Below are positions 51,901-64,000 of a DNA stretch of 64,000 nucleotides, piece after piece. Every line of letters begins with the position of its first letter. Position 1 is the first letter of the stretch. Both the position numbers and the translations under genes were made by a program. The stretch is from Rhizophagus irregularis (Eukaryota): the NCBI RefSeq assembly GCF_026210795.1, contig NC_089435.1, positions 744,001-808,000 of the forward strand. Reading direction: 5' to 3'. The notes beneath the pieces were generated by a model. It made no database searches. It was not told the origin of the DNA and saw only the letters and a list, made by a program, of their open reading frames with translations.

Positions 51901-52748
51901 ATATTTACATTCATAATGCTGGCCAAATTTACAAAAACGGACATAAATGTCCGTTTTTGTAATTCCGGCCAAATTTGAAACCATCTATTTTATAATTCCG
52001 GCCAAATTTATGTCCGTTTTTATAATTCTGGCCAAATTTGCAAACGGACATTAATGTCCGTTTTATAATTCCGGCCAAATTTTGCTGGGCGAAATTATCT
52101 TAATTCTGGCCAAATTAATGTGTAACCTTGAAAAAAATTTTTGCCTTTTTTATAGTTACAAGGTGGTACAAAATGTACATTAATGCAATCCTTGACCATG
52201 AGTTTATAAGTAAATATCCGGTCAAAAGTTATAAAATTGCCTTATTTGTAATTAAATGTTGGTATGTTGTTTGGACCAATCAGATCTCGTGGGCTAATCT
52301 GGCCCATGGGCAGTTTATAAGCTAGGATGTAGTGCACGCCCACTTAGCTTAGAAACTATGCCGATCATTTGGCTGGGGTGTTTTTTGATCGAAAATCCAT
52401 TTACCAATCCTATCATGTGATCAAAATCAAAAATTGAGTACTTTTGAGCTTATTGAACGGTTAACCTTTGGTCACCTTATTTTTCGTATTAATAACCGAA
52501 ATCCAATGTTTGTGGGATACACCTCTATTTATTCTCTGGCACAATGATAATCCTCGACGAAAATATTTTTCTTTTTTAAAAACGGCAAATAAGCAATACC
52601 ATAAAGGTATATTAAACTTTTTGAGGGCGCGTATTAAAACTTCACACACGTTAAAAAAAAGTGATCAAAATGATACCATAATTTTTTTGTCAGATCGTTC
52701 AGGTCACACAATTTCATCAGCCAATAATTATTAGAACGAACAGGCCTA
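48996..52748. mobile_element. Older hAT-type MITE (about 400 bp) split by the foldback insertion
   Basis: 11-bp perfect TIR TAGGCCTGTTC at 48996 and GAACAGGCCTA ending at 52748. TSD is not clean. Confidence 0.55.
49032..52380. mobile_element. Non-coding foldback element, palindromic over its full 3349 bp
   Basis: Termini CACCCCAGCCAAATGATCG... / ...CGATCATTTGGCTGGGGTG. About 400-bp near-identical outer arms. Near-perfect central hairpin around the loop at 50540-50572. 8-bp TSD TTTTTTGA at 49024-49031 and 52381-52388. Confidence 0.93.
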
Positions 52749-54660
52749 TTATAACTGATAAATCGTGCACAATCTTTACGAGATTGACGTTGGTATTCAG
52801 AAAGTGGCTTAAATCCATATTCAGTTTCCATATCACCAACCAAACCTCTTTCAGGCACTTCGATTTGTCAAAACGGATGTTGGATTGACGAATTCAAATT
52901 CTGGTAGACATTGTTCGCTTCTATAACAAATACAGCTAGATGGTGCATACCAATTGTACGATGGCTAAAAACGCGACGTAAATTTTATGCAAGTGATATA
53001 TTCTATAATAGATAACTATATTTAAAAAAAATTAATTTTATATTAGCAATATACTCAAAATTTGTGCCCTTTTTAATCTAAATAGCAAGCCGCTTTTAGC
53101 GTTAATTATCTATTGAATGTAAATATGGGCCGATTTTTGTCTTATCTCTAATATACCTTCGGAAAGATATTACTGGAATGCTGTTCTGGACAATAAATCA
53201 TTTTTTTTTTATTCTTTATTAAATAATCCTTAACAACTATTGTTTATATTTATATTTGGATTTAGAGTTCATATACCCATATAAATGACAGAACACAGCG
53301 ACATTGAACAAAAAGATCAGTCCCTTTATAATTAATAAAAGTAAAAATTTATAAAATGGTTTTAGATAATTTTAATTAAACTTCATCAAAAAAAACAAAA
53401 ATACACTTGCTTTCAAAATTAATAACCTTTATTAATATTCTTAATAGGCTGAAATTTTTTAGGCATTTTACTATTTTCTATTAAAAATATCAATCATACA
53501 GTAATGTAACGAACCCACGATGTAACGAACTTTCGACTTCTAACCAAACTTTTTTTAGAAAACCAGTTTCATAGTATTTAAAAACATTCTGATATACCGA
53601 ACATCATATAAACTTTATATAACGTATACCGAACTTTTATTGATTTACCGAAAAAATTATTAATAAACAAGAAAACACACAAAAATACATTTAGCACAAC
53701 AAAGTCATCATTAATTAATATTAATTAATCAAAAAAAGAAGTCATTGAATTAAAAACTAATGCCACAACGCAAGTTTATAAGAATTATTAGAATAGTTTA
53801 CTTTGATTATTTATTCTCTAAATAATTCAAAACAACAAAAGTTCATTCTGTTCATTTAGTCGGTCGGTCAGCTCATTACAGCTTAATGTTTGCCTACTAC
53901 ATTTTAAAAAATTATGAAATATTATTAATCTATGCCAGATTTGGTGGCAAAAAGTAATTTTTTTCGTCTCATTTGGGATCAGTGGATGCTGCGGTGAAAT
54001 GGTAAGCGATGATTGAATTTTTTTAATTTTTTTAATTTTTTTATATTTACCGGTATATATTTAATTTATCTTGGATCAAATTCAATAAAATACTTTGGTT
54101 GGAACCCATAGATCAGGAAATGCACTAACTGCTGCGGTGCCATAGTTAGCACTGAGCCACTGACTCTTACCATTAAAATAATGAAATTATTGATGACTAA
54201 TTAATATAATCAATATTGATTTCCATTCTAATTTACTCGTCATAATTTAATTAATAAAATAAATAAACAATTTTATTTAATAAAAACTAGAAGTTGCCCG
54301 TTGCTTCGTACCGGGAGTAGTAGTATTACTATATAATATTAAATTTTTAGTCACAATTAGAAGCTCACTTTGATTAATAATTAGATTATGAGAGAAATAA
54401 AATATAAATTAATTTAAATAAAATTAATATGCAGGTAAATATTGTTATGTATCTATATAATTAAAAACAATCTCATCAAAAAAAATATTTTTATGTGAAC
54501 TTATTAGTCAGAAAATAATATTGAAAAAAACAATCTCAATAAACAAAAAAAGTTCTCATTAGTGCTTCCAGTTCTTTAAATTTACTATCACAATTATCTA
54601 ACTAATAAAATCTAACAAATACTAACTACTAAGTTATAAAAAAATGATTCATAATTAATT

Positions 54661-54751
54661 TATGGATATTGTACGGTGTTGTATTTATATTGGTTTAATA
54701 ACGTCACGAAGTGACGTTAACCAATATAAATATCACCGTACAATATCTATA
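54661..54751. repeat. About 90-bp hairpin with a GAA triloop
   Basis: ATGGATATTGTACGGTGTTGTATTTATATTGGTTTAATAACGTCAC-GAA-GTGACGTTAACCAATATAAATATCACCGTACAATATCTAT. The arms pair with two small bulges. Confidence 0.85.
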
Positions 54752-55068
54752 TTATCGTACGGCTAATGCAGATCATGCTCAAATAAACTATCAATATTCG
54801 ACAAATAAAACCAATAAAACCAGCATGATCCTATAGGGCCGTGCGATAAGTCATGTTTACTTTACAGAGTAGATCAGCCTCAAATTAACTACAAATGGTA
54901 TCAATCATCAATTTAATTTTTATGAAAAAAAAAGATTATCTATTAATAATCAGTTACAATACAATACTTTCCAATTATTATTGTCAATCTTCATATAAGT
55001 TAAAATACACTGATTGTATATATCATCCTGATCTTCGTCTAGAAAATCCAAAGTTACAAAAAATAATT

Positions 55069-56538
55069 ATGAAACTTAACAGAGATTTACTTTTAATGAT
55101 CTCAGAAAATTTTCAAAATGACAGAATATCACTTTATTCTTGTCTTTTAGTCAACAGATCTTGGTGCGAAGCAATAGTACCGTTATTATGGAAAATTCCT
55201 GGATATATTTTACTAACTGAAAAGGCAGAAAATATAATATTTAATATAATACTCTCACATTTTTCAGAAGAATCTAGAGATGTTTTGATGAAGAAAGGGA
55301 TCGATCTTTTTACTGAAATTTATCAGAAACCTTCATTTAATTATATTCATTTTTGGAGACATCTAGATCTACATCTTTTTGACAGAATTATTACCAGAAA
55401 TTTTGACAAGTCAGACATATCTATGATAAGAAATGAATTATTAAAGTTATTTGTTAATAATAATACAAATTTTATTTCACTTTTTTTTCCGTATGATTAT
55501 AAATGTCAAGTTAACTGGAATATTCGATGCTTTTCAAATCTTAAATATTTTTATTTTTGTAATGACATTGATCAAAATATTTTAAAAGAATTAGCTACAG
55601 TAAGCAAATCGATTAAAATATTTAATTGTGATGTTGTTAATTGTAATGATATTTCTGGAATCATTAGATTAATTGAAGTTCAAAAAAATCTAGATAGTGT
55701 CCGTATTAGTAGATGTGATAAATATGAAACCTGGCAATCTATTGAAGAAGTACTAATTAAAAAAGCGATCACTGTCCAAAATTTATATTTATCTTATAAT
55801 TGGCACTTTGATGTTGATTTAAAATTTCTTTCACATTTTGTAAATTTAAAAAGTTTAGAAATAATTGAATGTTCAAGGCCTCCAAATCAAAACGGTACTA
55901 TTCTAAATTTAAATCAATCAGAGAAAATGTCTTTACCTGCTTTAAAAATCCTAAAAACTAATCAAGTGTCATTTATTATGATGACAAGATTAATTGAAAG
56001 TGCAAATGTACAACTTACTGTAATTGATATTCATTTTGAAGATATTTTTTGTGACTTTGAAGATGTTAGAAGATTTTTCCAAGCAATTTATCAAAATTGT
56101 CCAAATATTGAATATTTAACCCTTCCAATTAAAGATTATGTTCTTATTGAATTTGAAAGGTTATTGATTAATTGTCAACATTTAATTGGGTTAGTTATTA
56201 GGAGTGAAAGAGGTCTCCAATATAAGAGTTTATTTGAAATATTAAATAAATCATCACCAAGTAGTTTGATTAAGTTTGGATTTTCTCTTAACCGAAAGTT
56301 TGGGGGTAAATATAAATTATTAAGATCATTTCTTGCTAATTGGAAAGATAGACATACTATGTTATTACAAATTTGGCCAGTAAATTATATTCTAGGACAT
56401 GAAAAGGAAGTTAACCGATTATATGAACTAATTAAATATTATGAAGCAAGAGGAATAGTCAAACAAATTGATTGGGGAATTAATTGGTGTTATGATTCAG
56501 AAGAATCTATTTGGATTGAAAAAAGATATTTTTATTAA
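55069..56538 (+). CDS. F-box-like / leucine-rich (RNI-like) protein
   Basis: MKLNRDLLLMISENFQNDRISLYSCLLVNRSWC..IVPLLW is an F-box-like N-terminus, followed by LxxL repeats (IYQNCPNIEYL). The likely start is the Met at 55069 rather than 54895. Confidence 0.85.
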   Translation: MKLNRDLLLMISENFQNDRISLYSCLLVNRSWCEAIVPLLWKIPGYILLTEKAENIIFNIILSHFSEESRDVLMKKGIDLFTEIYQKPSFNYIHFWRHLDLHLFDRIITRNFDKSDISMIRNELLKLFVNNNTNFISLFFPYDYKCQVNWNIRCFSNLKYFYFCNDIDQNILKELATVSKSIKIFNCDVVNCNDISGIIRLIEVQKNLDSVRISRCDKYETWQSIEEVLIKKAITVQNLYLSYNWHFDVDLKFLSHFVNLKSLEIIECSRPPNQNGTILNLNQSEKMSLPALKILKTNQVSFIMMTRLIESANVQLTVIDIHFEDIFCDFEDVRRFFQAIYQNCPNIEYLTLPIKDYVLIEFERLLINCQHLIGLVIRSERGLQYKSLFEILNKSSPSSLIKFGFSLNRKFGGKYKLLRSFLANWKDRHTMLLQIWPVNYILGHEKEVNRLYELIKYYEARGIVKQIDWGINWCYDSEESIWIEKRYFY

Positions 56539-56624
56539 ATGCAAATATGTATATTCTATAGTGCTATACTATCCAATGCAATTTATTTTATATTAAAATA
56601 AAAATAATTAATTAACTCACATAA

Positions 56625-57549
56625 TTTATTACTAGCATTAGGTCGTTTTAAAGGGTCTGCATCCCAACATTGAATAATGTCAAAAATTAATTGAGGAATT
56701 TTATAATTGGACTTTGACCTCAACCCCTACAAATTTAGATATATTATGATAAGGAGGCAATCCCGTACAAGTTTCATATGCAATGATCCCAAATCCATAA
56801 ATATCACATGCTTGAATATATTTTTTTCCTCTTAAAACTTCTGGAGCTACATAAAGTAATACTCCATATGATTTTTATTATTATTTTAAGAGGATTTATC
56901 ATTTGCCGGTTGACATAATCCTAACTCCTAAGTCAGTAATATAAGCCTGATGGATATTATTGCTTAATATACCCACAATGAAAATCTTGATGAATTAATC
57001 CTTTATTATGAATATCATTAAGACCATATGCAATACTATGTAAAGTTAACAACTTTTTCATTGAAATGAAGTTGTCATTTAAATGTTGTCTTAAACTATC
57101 TTTTTTTAAATCCATCACCATTATAAAATCATTTGTTTTTGGATCTTTGGTAATACCAAAACAACGAACTATATAACCAGAATGATATACTAAACTATTT
57201 GATTTCAACCTTAGATTGTAGTTAGTTAACATTTATAATGGTTAATAATACTAAATATGTAAGAAATATCTTACTTCTTTTAAAAATTCTGTTGTAATGC
57301 CTTGTGAGTTATGTAAACATTTTTTTTTTTTTAAGGTAACTTTCGATTCACCTTTCTTTTCAATCGAATTATTAGATTATCGATTAACAATTCTTGTTCT
57401 TTGGTCAAAAAATGATGATCAAACTCTTTTATTTGTTCAAATACATCATCACTTAGTTTATCTTTATCAACTAACGATTTTTGTTCTTTAGTCAAACGAT
57501 AACGAATAAAATCTTTGATTTGCTCAAATACATGTTTAATTTTGTCCAT
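56625..57549 (-). pseudogene. TKL-like protein kinase pseudogene
   Basis: Fragments CLHNSQGITTEFLKE, IVRCFGITKDPKT, IHQDFHCG, YVAPEVLRG, DIYGFGIIAYE and CWDADPLKRP lie in different frames with deletions. Confidence 0.85.
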
Positions 57550-57881
57550 TTCAAATTTATTAAACAAAAAATATAAAAAATTTGTTATTTAATTCGTATG
57601 TAAACTACAAAAAGATAATAAAGAAAAAGAAAAGGACTGAAACGATTATTTTATGTTGCAATGATTCCAGTTAAAATACACTAAATAAAATCTGATCAAG
57701 ATTATTGTGTTTCCTCTAACTTTTATGAATGTTGATTAAAGAATTTGTTAATTTTATGGATTGATATCGTATTAACTTAATATCTGAAAATAATTTATAA
57801 AGAATTGTGAAAAAAATTTATAATATATTAAAACAAATTATTCTGATGATTTATTAGTCGAAGGACTATATACTTGACAAA

Positions 57882-59372
57882 CCCTATAAGAAATATGTAT
57901 ACGGAAAGGATACGTTTTGTATACATTTTATGTACGTTTCTATAGATTCCGTATACAAATTCCGTATATTTAATAAGCAATTCATTTTTGAACATTTTTT
58001 TAAAAAACTAATGTATACGGAAAAAATTAATCATACGGAATGTATACGGAATTTTTAAACTTAATATTTTTAGAAAATAATTTTACAAAAATCTCGTATC
58101 ATAACACGAGATCACGTGATTGTTTATTGTTTTGTTATGATACGTTTTTTGTTTTTTATATAAACCCTTACTTTGATGAGTTTGATCTTCCGATCTTCCT
58201 TTCTGTCTTTCCCTTCCTTCTCTTTTCTCTTGTCTTATTTTTGTTATTTTTTCTAAATTTTTCTTCTTTTTTCGTCACCCTCCTTTAAAAAAAAATATTT
58301 TTTTTTCGTACCTCACTTTAAAAATTTTTTTTCATCACTCTCCTTTAAAAAAAATTTTTTTTTGATTTTATTCTTTTATTCCCACCCTTCTTTTTTTTAA
58401 AAAAAAATTTTCTTCTTTCTATTTCTATTTCCTCTTTATAAAAAATTTTTTATTTTTCTAACTTTGACGTCCTCCCTTTAAAAAAAAAATTTTTTTTAAC
58501 TTTCCTAACTTTGTTACCCTCTTTTTAAAAGATATTTTTTATTTATTCTTTATTCCACTTTCTTTTTTTATTTATATTTATCCCTTTTTTTATTCATAGG
58601 CCAGCAGATTTTTTTTTGTAGGAAGATTCAGTTTCTTTTTTCTTTTTTGTAGATCAGTTTGGGAGTCCTTTCCTTTCTTTTTTGTAGGATTGTTCAGGAT
58701 TTTTTCTTTTTTTAGGTCAGTTCAAATTTCTTTTTTTTTTTTTTGTAAGTTGGGTTCAGATTCTTTTCTTTTTGTAGGTTGTTTCAGTTTTGTTGCTTTA
58801 GAGTCTTAGGTCAGTTTTGGATTTATTTTGTTGTTTTGGTTTCTTTTTCATCAGATGCTTCATAATTCTTTTTATTTATGTAGGTCAGACATTCTGGAGT
58901 TCTCTTTCTTTTTTTGTAGGAATGCTGACCTTTGGTGACTTGGATGATTGCAGATACTATATGAAGGAGGGGGGTTTTTTAGGTTGTTTGACTCCAAATG
59001 AACCTGAACTTATAGATAATTTTGGTTGCAATAGGTGGTTTTAATAAGGAGGGAATTTTCATAATGTATTTGTATTTTGTTTATTTTTTTTTTATTTAAT
59101 TTAATAAAGTAAAATTAGATTTATGTAAATATAATTATAGTAAACTGTAATACAAATAGTAAATTCAGTGACCAAATCGTATAAATTTCGTGATAAAATC
59201 AGTGATCAAATCATGTAAATTCTATATGAATTCCGTGCAAATTCCGTATCCAAACCATATTTTTAGTGATACGGAATTGTGCATTTTTCCGTATCCTATT
59301 ATGATACGTTATTTCTAAGGAAAAAAATTGTATAAAAACTTTATAAAAAACGTATCCAATTTTTTTATAGGG
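57882..59372. mobile_element. CCCTA-ended non-autonomous element, copy 2
   Basis: Same TIRs and body as 18248-19800 with small indels. 3-bp TSD AAA at 57879-57881 and 59373-59375. Confidence 0.92.
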
Positions 59373-59599
59373 AAAGATAACGCAAAAATGTCCGTCTGTA
59401 CGTCTAACACGTGACGAAGTACAATAATAACCCTTAAACAGCACTTCGGGCTTAATAACAGTTTCCCCATTTCCCAGTATGTTAATGAACAGAAAGATAT
59501 TTTCAAAACACAAGTAACCCAAAAGGAAAGCGTAAAGAAAGTAATAATATTGAACCTTCAGGAGCTGCTTCTTCACGTAAAAAATTTCCAAATAAGCAA

Positions 59600-61570
59600 T
59601 ACAAAAAGGAACGAAACGATTGGAACCCGAAGTGGCCATACACATATCCATACATATCCATGGTTAGTAAGAAGAGAGGATGAAGAAGGAAAGCCTTTTG
59701 TGTATTGCATCAAGCGTGAAGAGAGAAAAGCGAATAATATTTTTACAAAAGGTTTTTCCATTTCAAAATTAAGAAATAGTATAAATCACCCAAATATAAT
59801 CGCCAGTTTTGTAACACAGTTAGGGGTAGAGAAATCCAAAATAATTACGCTAATGAGAAATATATATTTTTGTTCAAAGAAAATTAAGCACTTAATATAT
59901 ACCCTGTCTTGTTGAATATCAAATAAATAATCATAATGAAATCAATTATCAAGTACCGCCTACAAAAGTTTTACCACCTCCCTTATATGCAAAAACATTA
60001 TCCTCAACTTTTACTTCTTCTAGTTATGTGGCCAGAAATAAATTTATTGAATCAATTTGACGTCTAATTGAATGTCAAGTCATAGAAGAAATTAATAAAA
60101 GTTGTTGGATGGAGCATTCTTTTGGATGTAAGTACCACAATTATTATCGATAAACATTTGGTGATAATGAGCAAGCACATGGTAGAAAATAAACCGGTTT
60201 TACGATACCTTGAATGACAAGTTGAGAAGAATGCAATGCAAATTCAATCGTGCGAAGATATTGAAATAATTTTAAATGCAAAAGGTATATCAGTTAGTAA
60301 GTCATTATATCATATAGGGCATCTGTAATATTAGGTAAAGTTAATTTATTAATTTTATAATTTTATTAATTTCATTACTTATACATACAGTATTTATTAC
60401 GCATCTATATTTCTTTTTCTAGGAAAAAATACTGGAGTAGCTATGCAGCTAAAAATAAAAATCCATTCATGACTGCAATCCATTGCATAAGCCCATCGGT
60501 TCGCACTTGTTGGTAAAGATTCAGCAAAAGATGTACCATACTTTAAGGAATATGAATCTACTTTGAAAAGGTTATATAGTTACTTTAGTAAATCTTATAA
60601 TCGGTTGAAAAATTTGAGATGATCCAAGCTAACGATGAGGATGATCTTGGTCTTACCATATTGAAATTAGTTTCAACGCGATGGTTATGATCATTATCAC
60701 AAACGGTATCTAATTTACATCAAACTTTAAATTCTGTCATATCCGCTTTGCAATCATATATTCTTATCAATGAAGATGGAGCTGAATTATCAAAAAATCT
60801 ATTAGCAGAATTAGATCCTAAATTTATTTTAACTACAAAATTTTTGGCTGACCTTTTTGACATATTACAACGATTAATCAAAGTATTTCAAGAAGATTTT
60901 ATTACATTATCGGATGTACATTATCATTTAAATTCCCCAATTCATGCGATTAAGACAACATTTATTGCAGATAATGATACACCACCAGCGTATGCTAAAA
61001 TTTTACTTGATTATATAAAAAATAATCAATTATCATTAGATTCAATTCCAAATCCCTTTCCCTTTTCACAATTTTCCTTATCTATGATTCAGAATATTAA
61101 AAGAAGATTTCCCTATTCTGAATTTTATCATTCAATGCGTATTATTGATGTACAACAATTATCTTTAACTCAAACTTTAATTAATGAGTATGGCGAAAAA
61201 GAGATTAAAATTATCTGTGAATTTTATGGTAGCCAAAAAGTTGATGGAGATGGTAATGTTTACGAACCAATAATTGATAAAGAAAAATTAGAAAAGGAAT
61301 GGGCGTTTGTACGACAGCTTATAACTAATTTTAGAGAGTTCAAATTTGTTGAACAATGGTTTAGAATTTTTTCAACAAAATTTTCTTCTTTATATCCTAA
61401 TACCTCAAAAATTATTTATATTATTTTAATGATTCCACTTTCCAATAATGCTTCAGTAGAAAGAGTTTTTTCACGTCAAAATTTAATTAAAAATAAGTTA
61501 CGGAATGAGATGAAATTGGAACACTTCATTTTCATCTAAATATTTTAATTAATGGACCGTCATTAGATTC
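59600..61570 (+). pseudogene. Degraded hAT transposase (ZNF862/Tip100-like)
   Basis: YPWL...VYCI (TTF-finger-like), IHCI..H..ALVGKDS (CxxH), STRWL, and IPLSNNASVERVFSRQNLIKNKLRN (hATC region with catalytic E). Many stops and frameshifts. Termini not found. Confidence 0.8.
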
Positions 61571-64000
61571 ATAGTTTAAATTAGGTTATTAATATTTGCG
61601 ATTTTAGGCAAGTACCCAAAGATGGAATATTATTCGATATATGTACAAACCCTATTTTTATTTATTCTTTTAATGAATCAATTTTATTATTTTTTGAGTT
61701 TCCCACTTTGAATAACATCATCTGTATTTCCTCAATTGGAGTTCGATAATCGATATTCATGTTAATTAGTATAAAAATATTTAACATCATCCACATTCAA
61801 TCATTTCAAATTTTCATTTCCACCTAAAAAAAACAATGTTACTTTTTATAATTAGTTAATATAGATAGTAATAATTAGTAATTATATATACCTAAATTAG
61901 ATTACCAACATTCGCAATTTTGGCATAGCAATATAATACGGTTCATGCATGTAGATTTTTAACTAAGACTCCCATAATCAAAATGAATTCGCTGGGTCAA
62001 TTAAATTAATTATGAATTATAAAATTTGACGAATTCTTTGTAGTAAATCTTTTACAACCAAATTTGATTATAATTAATAATTTTGGCGGGCCTGGTGAAC
62101 CAAAAACAATTATAAATCAGTATAAGCTTGTAGGAACATTTTAAAATCATAATAAAGAACACATACTATAATATAAATATATAATGTACTGCATAAACTA
62201 ATTTCCAAGGATTCGTAGAACTTTACCAGTGATACACATATATGATTAAAGTTGGTCAAAATCAATTAAATCTTTCATATTTCTGATCAAATTTTGTTAA
62301 TTCTGGCCAATTTCGTAATGCTGGCTTAAAACGAAAAAATTAGTTAACTGTTAATATGTTATATACCACATTTTACACAATATAATCGATCTAACTTAAA
62401 TAATAAAATTTCATACTTATTTATCACTTCTAGAACCTTATTGTTTATTAAAAAAAAGATTTGCATATTCTTTTCAGCTTTTAATCTTTTTTTAAAAGTT
62501 GTATTGTTTGACGTTAAAAATTAATAATAGGTAATAGAAATTTGAATTTACTAAATAAAGTAGGAAAAATTAAGCTTTAATAGTTAAACAAAAGCAAGAT
62601 GCATTTTTTTTGTTTAAAAACTTGAAAAAATACTTTTTTATTTTTAGATTTATTTAATGAATTTAGAAAAAAACTTGGAATGAGAATTTAGATGAAGATT
62701 TAAAATGGAAGAAAATGAAACTTTTATGGTGAATATGAGAACTATAATGAATATATAATAACAAATGAATCTTTTAAAATCTTTTATTTGAATTAGATTT
62801 TAATACGCAAAAAAATTTGTTCAAAAATGAAAATAATTGTTAAAATTAAAATGTATTATAATTGATACAATAGATGGTAAAATTCATTAATGTAATTCTC
62901 ACAAATAGTTGGGATGTGATAAATTGATGAAGATGTTAAAGCAAAAAAAATTTCAATTGAGAATTTGGGAGTTTGTTTTTATATAATCAAAATCAAATAC
63001 ATTTGTTAAAATTAAAACAAACTAAAGATTATACTGAAAGTATTATTCATAGTCATAGATGTCTATTTTGTAATAAAAATAAATTTTTTTTTTAGTTATG
63101 GTTCTAATTGTAAAGAACATTCATATACAATTATAGTAAAGAAGGAGAAGGAGATTAGGAGAGCGAGGGAAAAGGAGCAATAAATTTATCAATGAAGAAG
63201 TAGCAACTAACACTTGAACTCTAAACCACCACACCTACTCATTACTATGAGAAAAAAATCAATTTATTTATTTTAATTGAAATCAATTGATATATTAAAA
63301 CGATTAAACGTTTTAATAACGTTACATTAAATTGAATTTTTAACCAAAATAGGTATAATCAAAAAAATTTATTTTGATGGTACATAAAAATAAATAAATT
63401 GAAATTTACATAATTTACATTAAAAAGGAAAAGAAATTTCTATTATATGTGAAAAAAGATAATCTATACAAGAAAAAAATAGATCTAACCTATATGAAAA
63501 ATTAATCTTTCCAAAAATAAATTAACCTACATAAGTAATCATATTATTTTCATCCGATTAACTAATTCTCATCTGATCAACTTATTTTCATCTGACATCA
63601 AATGTAAATTAGGAAACCATTAAAAAAAAATGATTTTTTAATTTTTATTTAACTTATACAAAAATTAAAGATAAATAAACCTACATAAGACACAAAGAAA
63701 TAATAGCAATAAGAAGAAAAAAACCTTTATTTTACAAAAATTAAAAATTTATTGAAGAAAATTCAATTTATACAATGAAAGATAATATTTATCATTATAA
63801 ATCAAAAAAAGTCTCTCAGAACATATATTAAACAAAAATTTTAAGCCAAAGAATAAGGAATTCCTAATCCATCACCAAAAATAACTACAAACTTCCTAGA
63901 AAGGAATTAGTGAAAATTAGTACATGTAAATAATATTATAACAAAATATAATTTAAGAGTTGTAAATACAATATAGTATACCAATAATTTATAAAAAATG

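Noticed and set aside
49147..52325. Near-identical ORFs 49147..49401 (-) and 52128..52325 (+)
   Set aside because: Mirror translations of the foldback TIRs, not genes.
54895..55068. N-terminal extension of the 547-aa ORF
   Set aside because: The F-box-like motif starts right after the Met at 55069; the extension looks like open 5' UTR.
61680..62230. Degraded exon-like sequence, considered as a P-element transposase partner for the foldback
   Set aside because: Translations lack the expected THAP9/P catalytic motifs.

Overview
Very AT-rich, intron-containing eukaryotic DNA. The gene families present are BTB-TLDc, Sel1-repeat, TKL-like kinases, F-box/LRR, Crinkler and phi-like GST; this mix points to an arbuscular mycorrhizal fungus (Glomeromycotina, Rhizophagus-like; inference only). 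The window is an accessory region dense in transposons and pseudogenes. Apparently intact genes: two BTB-TLDc genes, one GST, one Sel1-repeat gene, one F-box/LRR gene and one small orphan. Disrupted genes: two GST copies, a Sel1 5' fragment, a 33-repeat Sel1-kinase, two other kinases and a Crinkler. DNA transposons delimited by TIR+TSD: a hAT (4371-7984); a hAT-type MITE; a 13-exon Mutator-like element with very degenerate TIRs and a 9-bp TSD (8232-12356), which the ORF track only shows as fragments; three CCCTA-ended non-autonomous elements with 3-bp TSDs; a CGA-ended 3.1-kb non-coding element; and a 3.35-kb foldback element that is palindromic over its whole length (49032-52380). All exon models and alignments were read by eye; no database search was run.
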